Source: Octopus sinensis
Taxonomy: Eukaryota
Assembly: GCF_006345805.1 (NCBI RefSeq)
Contig: NC_042999.1
Location: forward strand, 64,542,001-64,606,000
Length of the DNA stretch: 64,000 nucleotides
Reading direction: 5' to 3'
Shown here: positions 1-10,750 of the stretch, piece after piece
Position numbering within the stretch: the stretch's first letter is position 1
Layout: every line of letters begins with the position of its first letter
Position numbers and translations under genes: made by a program
Notes under the pieces: model-generated
Database searches by the model: none
Seen by the model: the letters and a program-made list of their open reading frames with translations, nothing else
What the model was told of the DNA's origin: nothing

Positions 1-558
1 GAAACATTTGGTATAAGATTCATTGATTTAAACGAGAGGAAATAGCTTTTACACAAAGAGGTTTAGTACAGAAGCAGTAAAGGTTATGTTTTTGCGAAGT
101 ATCATTTAAGGTTTCGGGTTGAGTCCTGTCTTGCAGTAATTTAGGTAACTAAATATAATTTTCAAATTATATCTTCGGCCTGTTAACGCGGGATTCATTA
201 ACGACTATGAGTAGCTAGATGAGTACCTCTCGTTGAGTAATTATTACATCAGAGGATCTTCTAGCCAGGAGACATATGTAGCCTGGATTTTACCTGTCCC
301 ACTCCCTCAATTTGGATTTTTATTCGCATTTATAGCAAGTCAAGTTGCAAACCGTGAGCTATAAAAATAAACACAATCTTTCAGCTTATCGATCTTCGAT
401 ATGGGAAATGGCTACTACCTTCGACGCCAATGAATTTTTATTGTTCCTGAACGTTACTTTTTATACCTGTCATGGACTGCTCGAAGCTTACAAACATCCT
501 GCGCTTACACCCTTGGATCTTATAATTACACACACACATACGCACGCACATTTATATA

Positions 559-619
559 CATACATACACATACATACATACATACATACATACATACATA
601 CATACATACATACATACAT
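559..619 (+). repeat. (CATA)n microsatellite abutting the 5' end of an R4/Dong-like element
   Basis: Pure catacatacatac run ending immediately before gtgtacacactcgaagcg at about 620. Confidence 0.95.
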
Positions 620-1160
620 GTGTACACACTCGAAGCGACAAGTCGCGTATTTGGCGTGGTGGAGGGGACTATCTATCGAAAATAGGATGAATACTATCTC
701 CAACTTTGGGGCCACAACTATCAGCCTTGTTAAATAACTGGTTAATCTTCAGATGAATCAACTGAGGGAGCCTTTCATTCATGATCGTAGTGATTTTCGA
801 CTGAAACTTGAATTTACTATGCAGAGAGTTACTACAAACAACATGGCTGGACACAATATCTACAACAACTCGATCGAGGAACAGAACGAAAACAACAGCT
901 CAACGGGTAAACAATTTCTTTCTAGCTGTAGTCATAGAAGAAACAGTGATTACAAAATTCATTTCTCGTGGAATTATGAATTAAATAATGATCTATTTAA
1001 CTGCTATGAAGAAACGAAACAAAACTCTGCTGTTGGCTATATGAATCGATTGAAATCATATTGGGACGATCTGCGCCCAGAATTAAATCTTTTTACTGTG
1101 AAGCAACTTTACCAACAAGCAACATTTGTAGAACATAAGAAGAAAGTTAGTGACTTTTAG
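620..1160 (+). mobile_element. R4/Dong-like RLE non-LTR retrotransposon, 5' UTR and N-terminal ORF fragment (family 1)
   Basis: ORF 753..1160 contains SWNYELNNDLFNCYEETKQNSAVGYMNRLKSYWDDLRPELNLFTVKQLYQQA, matching the recalled R4/Dong N-terminal pattern W..E.N..L..CY...GY..R....W...P...L..QA; interrupted at 1160 by a SINE; probable continuation about 1390-1615. Confidence 0.6.
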
Positions 1161-1295
1161 TGACTTTGCCTTTCATCCTTTCGGAGTCGATGGAAAAAGA
1201 AGAAAAAAAGGTATTAGTCGAGCACTGGGGGTCAATGTAATAGACTAGTTTCCTAGTCTCCAAAACTTCAGGCCTTGTGCCTACAGTAGAAAGGA
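1160..1295 (+). mobile_element. SINE family A partial (core plus long tail) followed by a (CCT)n tract
   Basis: gactttgcctttcatcctttcggagtcgat core and ggccttgtgcctacagtagaaagga tail shared with about 15 other copies in the window. Confidence 0.8.
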
Positions 1296-2024
1296 TGCTC
1301 CTCCTCCTCCTCGTCCTCCCCCTCGTCCTCCCCTCTTCCTCCTCCTCTTCCTCCTCCTCCTCCTCCCCTCCCCACCTCCTCATCTCTGTAGACCTGAGCG
1401 GCAAGAGCAACAAAAGTATTCATTGTGTATTAGCTGGACTAATTGAGGAAATGAATAACAACAATTAGCAACCGTTTCAGCAAGCTAACGAGCTACACAA
1501 TATAACTCGATTACTTCATAAATTAATACGTAAATTAATAGGCTAGGATATCGCCATTAAGATAATCTACTTGAAAATGTCACAGATAATGTATCTTACA
1601 ATACGACTGAAGTCTTTTTTTCATGTGGTAGCAGTATAAGTGTTCATACCACCACCACCACCACTAATTTCTAATCTAGGCACAAGGCCACACATTTTGA
1701 TGATTGAAGGGGTACGTAGCAGATTAAAACGATTTCCTTATTTGACTTGGTATTTATTTTGAGCAATCCCTGAAGAATGAAAGGAAAAGCTGACCTCTGT
1801 GGAATTGAATTAAGAATGAAAAGGGAGGTAATTAAATAATGCAGCCTATTTCGTTAGTCCTTTACACATTCTATCATCGGTCGCTATGCAATTAATGATC
1901 CTTTTAACAATAGGCACAAGAGTTGAAATTCCGGGGCAAGTGACTGTCGATTACAGCGACTCCGAAGAATGAGAGTCGATCGCATTTTGCACGGCGTGCT
2001 AACGTTTCTGCCGACTTGCCGCGT

Positions 2025-2027
<3 letters not shown>

Positions 2028-2071
<44 letters not shown>

Positions 2072-2196
2072 AACAACAACAACATTAATAATAATAATAA
2101 TAGTAATAATAATAATAATAATAGTAATAGTAATAATAATAATAATAATAACAACAACAATAATAATAATAATAGTATATAATAATAATAATAGTA

Positions 2197-2235
<39 letters not shown>

Positions 2236-2257
2236 GTAATAGTAATAATAAGAATAA

Positions 2258-2304
<47 letters not shown>

Positions 2305-2355
2305 ATAATAATAATTAATAATCAAAATAATAATAATAATGATAATGATAATGAT
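2028..2355 (+). repeat. Compound (TAA)n/(TAG)n microsatellite
   Basis: Direct reading; further (TAA)n runs at 2529-2615 and 2995-3068. Confidence 0.95.
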
Positions 2356-2529
2356 GATATCTGTTTTTGCTTCTATATTTCCTGGAGGAGTAACCCCAAT
2401 CCTACAAATATTACCCAAAAACCAAAATGAAGTAGATTGACAAGTTTATGTGTGAACCTGTGGAAGACACACGAGATGTCGAAATATCGTTCACTCGATA
2501 ACAATAGCGCCTTTCTTTTTTTTTGCTTC

Positions 2530-2603
<74 letters not shown>

Positions 2604-2611
2604 TAATAATA

Positions 2612-2992
2612 ATAATCCTTTCTACTACAGACACAAGGCCTGAAATTTTGTGGGAGGGGCCAGTCGATTAGACCGACCTCAGTACGCAACTGATACTTAA
2701 TTTATCGACGCCGAAAGGATGAAAGGCAAAGTCGACCTCAGTGGAATTTGAACTCAGAATGTAACGACATGAAATACCTATTCTTTACTACCCACAAGGG
2801 GCTAAACACAGAAGGGATAAACAAGGACAGACAAACGGATTAAGTCGATTATATCGACTCCAGTGCGTAACCCCGGAAGGATGAAAGGCAAAGTCGACCT
2901 CGGCGGAATTTGAACTCAGAACGTAGAGGCAGACGAAATACTGCTACGCATTTCGCCCGGCGTGCTAACGTTTCTTCCAGCTCGCCGCGTTA
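2612..2992 (-). mobile_element. SINE family A dimer (tRNA-derived head, about 182-bp period), (ATT)n tail
   Basis: Minus strand: head gcggcgagctggaagaaacgttagcacg...gagttcaaattcc (A/B-box like), core gcctttcatcctttcggggtcgataaattaagtaccag (recalled as Meta/Sauria-like), repeated twice. Confidence 0.85.
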
Positions 2993-3020
2993 TTTAATAA
3001 CAATAATAATAATAATAATA

Positions 3021-3067
<47 letters not shown>

Positions 3068-3177
3068 TTTTAAAAGGATTGACGTAACTTTTCACAAAGG
3101 TAAATAGACAATACGAAGAGCACGATGCGATTGCAATAAATATTTTAGTGGTTGAACGACATTTCGACAGCTAGCTC

Positions 3178-3497
3178 GTCTTTGTTGAGTTCAAAATGAA
3201 CAATGATACATAAAAATTCAAAATTATAGAAATTGAAACCCAAAATATGAACGAGATCATCCAGCGGCCCCACGTTGATGGAATTACATCATCATTCTTC
3301 AATTTTCAAGTTTACAACTAGTAAAAAGAAAAAGAAAGATAAAAAGAGAAAAAAAGTTGTAAACTTGAAAATTGAAGACTGATGATGTCATTTCATCAAC
3401 GTGGGGACGCTGGATGCTCTCGTTCATATTTTGGGTTTGAATTTTTAGAATTTTGAATTTTTATGTAACATTTTCCATTTTGAACTCAACAAAGATG
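3178..3497. mobile_element. Long inverted-repeat (MITE/fold-back) element, about 140-bp arms and 35-bp spacer
   Basis: tctttgttgagttcaaaatg...ttcaagtttacaact (3179-3319) is the diverged reverse complement of agttgtaaacttgaa...ttttgaactcaacaaaga (3356-3495). Confidence 0.8.
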
Positions 3498-3510
3498 TAA
3501 CAGCCGAAAC

Positions 3511-4303
3511 AGACTTTGTGGAGTTCACACTGAAGATATCACCCACATCATAAGCAGTTGTCCGAAAATGTCATCATCGTTCTATCCACCGATGGGACAT
3601 GATATTGTAGCGAGGACACTGTATAATGAAATCCGTTGGAAGGATTACCCCGAGGACAAAGAAGTAAGAACTTACAGTATGGTAGAAGCCATAGTCACAC
3701 ATAATAAAAAGGAGTGCTGGTGGAATGTACCAGTGAAAACAGTAAAATGTAAACACAATAGACCGGAAATAATGATTTGGGATAGAAGAAAGAAACTGTG
3801 CACAGTTGTGGAAATCAGCTGCCTAGCGGATGTTAACATAAAGCTGAAGATCAGTTAAAAAGGGAATACCTACGCTGAACTATTGAAAAATATGAAGTTA
3901 CTCTACCCAGGTTACAAGTTCAGGTTTATACCTGTAATTATTGGGGCCCTGGGATATGTAACATACTGCCTAAGTACCAATCTTGAGAAATTAGGCTTCT
4001 CAAAACCAGAAAGGAGAAAGCTAATTCGAAGACTACAGATTCAAACCATCATTGGAACTGTAAAACTCTGCAAAACTTTCCAGAAATTTATCATTTAAGT
4101 ATATATGAGCATGTTTAGACATGCAATTATATACATGAAAATACTTACATAAAACAAAACATACAAAACTACACGTATACATATAAATATACATATATAC
4201 AAAAATACTTGGTTGATGTTGAAATTCCAATGAAGGTTGGATGTAGGTTAGAAACCGGTTCTTTCTCTATTGGCAAGAAATCTTGAAATAAACAGAATAA
4301 TAA
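3511..4303 (+). mobile_element. R4/Dong-like element 3' fragment: CCHC remnant, RLE endonuclease, 3' UTR, then (CATA)n (family 1)
   Basis: RLCGVHTEDITHIISSCPKM (zinc knuckle), HNRPEIMIWDRRKKLCTVVEISC (PD..E-type RLE), FIPVIIGALG; stops present; UTR ends aaataaacagaataataa then catacatac from 4304. Confidence 0.85.
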
Positions 4304-5150
4304 CATACATACATACATACATACATACATACATACATAAATACTTACATAAATACTTACATAAATACATACATACATAAATTCATACATAAACACATAC
4401 ATAGTCTACTGCTTCCGTTGAGGTAAGATCAACAAAAAAGCACTCTATCCAGTAGCTCTTATTTCTGTATAGCGTACATTAAGAGATACACTCTTACACA
4501 CACGCATGCACACACGCACACGCACACACACTAACACTATACAGAGGCATATATAAACATTACGCAGGCACACATACAATTACAGACATCATAAGTGCGT
4601 ACACACACATACACACATCTACACGCATACGCGCAGAGTCAGGCACACTTATACACCGATATACATCCACATACAGACGCATAGACATGCGTACAAAGAC
4701 TAGATTACACACACAGACACACATACTGATATATACATGCATACTCAAATGCACTCACATACACTGGCAAGATCAAAAAACATCATTATTTAAAATAAAC
4801 TGCCAAAATTGGCTCCACACCATTATAGTAAATGTCAAATTAATAAATTATAGAAATAATTAGCGATTATTGATTTCTTTTCCTAAGACACAAGGTTTGG
4901 GTGAGCTTAAGTAGATTTTGGTGACCGAGTCTGCTACGAGATATTAATGTTATTTACATTTAATATACACTTCGAATATTAACAGTTAATAAATATTATA
5001 TATAACATATATATAACTTAAGCTTTATGTCGATTAGTAGTTTATCAAAATCGTGGTTTACAGTAAACCACTTTTTCGATGAATCCGATAACGGAAGAAA
5101 GAGTTAAAAATGTAAATAAAAATGTAAATAAAATATTCAGACTACCTTGT

Positions 5151-5222
<72 letters not shown>

Positions 5223-5232
5223 ATACACATAT

Positions 5233-5428
5233 ATATGTAGTAAAGTCTATGTCCGGTCATAGAGTGACCAATGGTTTCGCATCAACAAACGAATTCCTGC
5301 CTCCCAGAGGTGAAGACTTATAATTTGTCTTTGACTTTAGAGTCTGATGAGGCGTCGATAGCGCTAAGCCCTTTGTGGATGGGAAACCATTGGTCACTCT
5401 ATGACTGGACATAGATTTTACTACATAT
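5233..5428. mobile_element. About 195-bp MITE with about 45-bp TIRs in TA context
   Basis: tatgtagtaaagtctatgtccggtcatagagtgaccaatggtttc ... gaaaccattggtcactctatgactggacatagattttactacata. Confidence 0.8.
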
Positions 5429-6082
5429 AAATACATTACTGCTGTATGGTTTAGAGCAGCGTTTCTCAACTGGGGTTCTCCGGAACCCTAGAGTTCCACA
5501 AAAGGTCAGTGTGGGTTCCGCGAGAAAGAATGAGATAAACTAATGCTAATTTCATGATCGTAATGTTACTATACATGTACAGCATAGTATTGGTTATTGT
5601 AATATAGACATCATCCTTTCTAACCTATTATGTTATCAAAAACTATAACAACCATATATATATATATATATATATATGGTTGTTATAGTTTTTGATAACA
5701 TAATAGGTTAGAAAGGATGATGTCTATATTACAATAACCAATACTATGCTGTACATGTATAGTAACATTACGATCATGAAATTAGCATTAGTTTATCTCA
5801 TTCTTTCTCGCGGAACCCACACTGACCTTTTGTGGAACTCTAGGGTTCCGGAGAACCCCAGTTGAGAAACGCTGCTCTAAACCATACAGCAGTAATATAT
5901 TTATATGTAGTAAAATCTATGTCCAGTCATAGAGTGACCAATGGTTTCCCATCCACAAAGGGCTTAGCGCTATCGACGCCTCATCAGACTCTAAAGTCAA
6001 AGACAAATTATAAGTCTTCACCTCTGGGAGGCAGGAATTCGTTTGTTGATGCGAAACCATTGGTCACTCTATGACCGGACAT
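5249..6082. repeat. About 834-bp near-perfect palindrome centred on (AT)n at 5655-5677
   Basis: Arms are reverse complements; ORFs 5257..5469(-) and 5862..6074(+) differ at one residue (M/I). Confidence 0.95.
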
Positions 6083-6116
6083 ATATATATATATAATATA
6101 TATATAATATATATTA

Positions 6117-6159
<43 letters not shown>

Positions 6160-6165
<6 letters not shown>

Positions 6166-6287
6166 GTGAATGGAAGAAATGGAGTTGAACGAAGATTGTA
6201 CACAATTCCTTTTATTACATTCTAGAATGTAATAAAAGGAATTCTGTACAATCTTCGTTCAACTCCATTTCTTCCATTCACTAATTA
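6160..6287. repeat. 128-bp loop-less palindrome centred on ttctagaa (6220-6227)
   Basis: taattagtgaatggaagaaatgg...ccatttcttccattcactaatta; one visible mismatch (gtacaca vs gtacaga). Confidence 0.95.
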
Positions 6288-6442
6288 TATTAAACTTCAA
6301 TTATCCGCACCAACGCACGGTTGCAACACCAAATGGTCTTATCTCCAAGCGTGTTTTTTTCTGCTGTGATTTTGCTACCCAGGTATCGGTTAAACTTTTG
6401 AATAATCTGTAACAAGAAAATTCATCTTTCCATTTCAACAAA

Positions 6443-6473
<31 letters not shown>

Positions 6474-6475
<2 letters not shown>

Positions 6476-6688
6476 AAGTTAATCCAAACGTGGAAACACA
6501 AAGAGAAAACAACAACGCGAGGACGTGGAACAAGTATAGTGTTATTGGACGCTCAGTAAAGGAAGGAAAGAGGGAGGATTTTAACGTTTCGAGCGGAGCT
6601 CTTCGTCAGGAACAGGAAAGGGAAAGATCCAAGGAAGGGAAGATAGAGGAAAAAAATCGCCAACGGTACACACGCGGTCACATTTTGA

Positions 6689-6725
<37 letters not shown>

Positions 6726-6890
6726 GTTAAAATTTATAGAAGAACAAAAGACGAAGCCAAGTGTATGAACAGCAAGCAAGTGTATTAGTTTGACGCTCAG
6801 GAAAGTGAGAATGTCTTTACGTTTCAACAGAAAAGAATAAGAGAAACACACACACACGCATATATTTACCACGTGAAGTACGATGAACAA
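6474..6890 (-). mobile_element. Two Penelope-like pseudo-LTR fragments flanked by (TA)n
   Basis: aaagttaatccaaac...gaggacgtggaac family (also at 33895-33968); both carry minus-strand hammerhead-like motifs of the type described for Penelope-like elements. Confidence 0.55.
6575..6612 (-). ncRNA. Minimal type-I hammerhead ribozyme motif (Penelope-type)
   Basis: Reverse complement reads cCUGACGA-a-GAGC-ucc-GCUC-GAAA-CGUU: canonical core, 4-bp stem II, palindromic ACGU stem III; stem I weak. Confidence 0.55.
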
Positions 6891-7112
6891 ATTTGAGAAA
6901 GATATGGTATATAATTCTTTTTGTGCAGGGGTTCCTTGAGGCGTAATTTATTTTAAGTGTTACGCAAGGATAAACGGGTTGAGAAGCACTGGTTTAGAGT
7001 GTGCTTCCTTTTCAGCTATATGATACATTGACGATATATATTTATATATATATATATAGATATGTGTGTGTGCACGCTCGTGCGCGTGTGTGTACATATA
7101 TATATATGCATG

Positions 7113-7145
<33 letters not shown>

Positions 7146-7152
7146 CAGGCTG

Positions 7153-7456
7153 TGGAGGCGCAATGGCCCAGTGGTTAGGGCAGCAGACTCGCGGTCGTAG
7201 GATCGTGGTTTTGATTCCCAGACCGGGCGTTGTGAGTGTTTATTGAGCGAAAACACCTAAAAGCTCCACGTGGCTCCGGCAGGAGTGGCGGTGCTCCCTG
7301 CTGTACTCTTTCACCACAACTTTCTCACATTCTTTCTTCTGTTGGCCTGCTCGCTTCGCCAGCGGGGTGGCGTTATTCGAAGGCTAAAACAATGCGATCG
7401 CATTGTGACCAGCGATGTGTAGCAACATCTGATGGTCTGGTCGGTCACGTGATGTG
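7153..7456 (+). mobile_element. tRNA-derived SINE (family C)
   Basis: A-box tggcccagtgg, B-box-like ggttttgattccc, body tgagcgaaaacacctaaaagctccac shared with 44537 and 45345; about 13-bp TSD atatatcagRctR. Confidence 0.85.
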
Positions 7457-7461
7457 ATATA

Positions 7462-8676
7462 TCAGACTAAGTAAAAAATAAGCAACGCTTTGAACCATGA
7501 AGAATTTGTACCTGAGTTTTGCAGAGTTTTGGATTTTCTTTAAACAATTTTTGCAATTGTCTGATAATACAGACTTGCCCGTAGTGTAACTTTCGATGAA
7601 AAGCGCGATATTCGAGCAATTTTGTTATTCAACTTACAAAAAAGGATGTAAAGCAACTGAAACTGCTCACGATATCAAAGAAGCGTTTGATGAAGAAATG
7701 ACTAGTGAGTGGTCAGCTCGAAAATGGCTTAAACGATTTTGCAGTAGAGACCCGAGCCTTGAAGATCGTGAGCGTAGTGGACGCTCATCTGTCATCGATG
7801 ACGGCTTGTTAAAGACCGTCATTGAGAAAGATTCACGTAAAACCACTCGAGAACTGGCAAAAGAACTTCAAGTGCACCAGAAAACTGTCTGCAACCATTT
7901 GCATGCAATCGGGAAATAAAAGAAAATGGCTTGACAAATGGGTACAATACGATTTGAATGAAAATCAGAAAATGCGCAGATATGAAATTTCTTCGTCGCT
8001 TCTTCTCCGTTACCAGATCGATCCATTTCTCGACCGTAGATGGAAAATAGATTATGTACAGTAATAAAAAACGTTCTTCGCAGTGGTTGGACCAAAATGG
8101 AGCACCGAAAACGTTCCTTAAACTCGAGATCTTCGAAAAGAAGGTTATGGTAACTGTTTGATGGTGTACTCCTGGACCAATTCACTATAACTTCTTAAAA
8201 CCCAGAAAAAACATTACTGCAGAAACATTGCCATTTTCTGATTTTCAAAACTGCCAGTCCTCCATCCCAGACTGCTCAACAGAAGAGAGCCAATCATTCT
8301 TCATGACAATGCTCGGCCACACGTTTCACTAAAGACGCTCCAGAAATTGAGGGAACTTGACTACAAAGTTCTCCCCACCCAGCTTATTCCGCAGATCTTT
8401 CTCCTCCCGACTATTACTTTTTCAAGCACCTTGATAGTTTCCTGCCAGAGAAGGAGTCAAAAAATCAAACCGATGCTGAAAGTGCGTTCAAAGAGATCAT
8501 CAGGTACCGAACTCCAGATTTTTATGTTACCAGAATAAACATACTTGTAACTCGTTGGCAAAAATATGTTGATTGTAATGGTACTTACTTTAATGAATAA
8601 AATTTCCGCATTGCTGAAATAAATTGTAATGAATTTCATCTTTCAAAACGTTGCTTACTTCTTTTACTCAGCCTGA
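7462..8676 (+). mobile_element. Near full-length mariner (D34D) transposon, inactivated
   Basis: About 35-bp TIRs (tcagactaagtaaaaaataagcaacg / cgttgcttacttcttttactcagcctga) flanked by TA; HTH ORF 7596..7919; WVQYDL, HDNARPH and YSADLSPPDYYFF with 34-residue D-D spacing after one frameshift; multiple stops. Confidence 0.92.
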
Positions 8677-8779
8677 TATATATGTCATATACATTTAATA
8701 TAACGTGATATAATCTATTTATACTTGCTGTTTAGTTATATTTAATATTTGGTTATCATTGATAAAGATATCTTTTATT

Positions 8780-9135
8780 TTTGTCTTGTTTCAGCTGTTT
8801 CTGGAGCACCGCCTCGAAAGGTTGAGTCGAACAAATCTACCTTAGTACTACTTTTCAAGCCTGGTCCTTTCTATCGGGCTCTTTTGCCGAAACTCTAAGT
8901 TACCGAAACGTGAACAAATTAGTACGGGTGTTTAAGCGGTGATTGTGGGAAGAGACACAAAGATAAACGGATAGACAGAAGGAGAGAGAGAGGGAAAGAG
9001 AGAGAGAGAGAGACGAACACACATACATAACGGACGTCTATCAGTTTCCTTCTACCAAATTCACTCACAAGGCTTTGGTGGGCTCGAGGTGAAACGCAGT
9101 GGGACTGAACCCGAAACCTTGTGGTTGGGAAGTAA
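8780..9135 (-). mobile_element. tRNA-derived SINE family B
   Basis: Matches the family body (ggagcaccgcc, cttttgccgaa, ctcacaaggctttggt, gggactgaacccgaaacc). Confidence 0.75.
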
Positions 9136-9549
9136 ATATTACCATATTTGAAATATATTCAATATATATTGTATATATTTAATATATATTATGATAAACT
9201 ATATATTATAAATATGTTTATTAAACTTTTACAAGAGGAGAAGCGACAGACTGACTGACGAAGGCTAGCGAGTCGAAACCGCAACAAGACATAAACTTGT
9301 GTGTGTGTGTATGTGTGTGTGTGTGTGTGAATATCGTTGATAACTGAGAAATTATCAAATAATTAATAAAACGTGGCAATGTGGGTGGTCGGTAGGTAAT
9401 TTGTGACTAAGCACAGAACTCTCCAGAATTATGTAAACGGGTGTGAAACAAAAAATAATCTAATTTATAAACAGTAAATATAACTATGTTATAATTATTG
9501 CGTTTGTATGTCCCGGTCTATAAAACCTAGAGTAACGTGCAATTATTTT

Positions 9550-9943
9550 TCTTTCTAATAAAGGTACAGAGCTTGAAATTTTGGGAGAGGCGCAATTTGA
9601 TTACATTGACTCCGGTGCTTAAATCGTACTTATTCTATCGACTACGAAACGATAAAAGACAGATTCGACTCGGTGGAGTTTGAGCTCTAAACGTAAAGTC
9701 GGACGAAGCACCTATTTCTTTACTACCCACAAGGGGCTACACACAGAGGGGACAAACAAGGGCAGACAAACGGATTAAGTCGATTACATCGACCCCAGTG
9801 TGTAACTGGTACTTAATTTATCGACCCCGAAAGGATAGGCAAAGTCGACCTCGGCGGAATTTGAAATCAGAACGTAACGGCAGACGAAATACGGCTACGC
9901 ATTTCGCCCGGCGTGCTAACGTTTCTGCCAGCTCGCCGCCTTT
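9550..9943 (-). mobile_element. SINE family A dimer (about 183-bp period)
   Basis: Same two-unit structure and junction (gacgaagcac|ctatttctttactac) as 2612-2992. Confidence 0.85.
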
Positions 9944-10234
9944 TAAGTCGGGCGAAGTACCGCTAAGCATTTTGTTCGGTGTGCGAACGATTCTGTCAAC
10001 TCGCTATCTATACAGTAAAATAGAATTTGAGAAATATTTGCTGCTATTTTTAGCAGGCAGATTGGCAGCAAAATGAAAGCTCTTCTATAAAATATACCTG
10101 TATATACTTGTCACTTAATATATGAGGGTTGTAGGTCATTGGGAAAGTTTGGACGCCAGACAAAAGACATTTGCGATATTTAATATATTTTGCGTACGTG
10201 AATTGGTACACAGAAACTGTTGGGAAGCCCGTCG

Positions 10235-10279
<45 letters not shown>

Positions 10280-10672
10280 ATATATATATAATATATAATA
10301 TATATATATATACATATGTATATGCACATATATATGTGTGTCTCTGTGTGTGAGGTGTGTGTGTTTGTGTGTGTACGTATATGCCTACAAGTACATACAT
10401 ATTTGTAGCTATATGTTTGAAAACGTGTGAAAAATGGGACCTGCATTTATGCCCCATGCCTTAGCGAAACGAGAAATAGACGTCATTAAATTAAGTACCA
10501 AACTTGAAATAAAATTATTATATGCTTGACTAAATGCCCTTTCAGACAGTTCCAAAGTACGGCCGTAGTATATTGATCGAAGGAAGTAAGAGGAAATCCA
10601 TCCATTCATATGCATACATACACATGTACACACATATATATTTACATATATAAACGCATATGCACGCTGCAT

Positions 10673-10721
<49 letters not shown>

Positions 10722-10750
10722 CGTGAAGAATATTTGCCACCTAAATGTGG

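Larger units (their letters stand above)
5457..6991. mobile_element. Non-autonomous hAT (Charlie-like) element with 8-bp TSD GTTTAGAG
   Basis: Termini cagcgtttctcaac ... gttgagaagcactg; identical gtttagag at 5449-5456 and 6992-6999; 8-bp TSD is diagnostic of hAT. Confidence 0.85.

Noticed and set aside
5344-5390. ctgatgag inside the MITE as a hammerhead core
   Set aside because: The possible stem (gcg...cgc) is followed by taag, not GAAA; no stems I/III
7153-7230. tRNA genes at SINE heads (7153, 14152, 19226, 44537 and others)
   Set aside because: Only A/B-box-like remnants fused to SINE bodies; no complete cloverleaf
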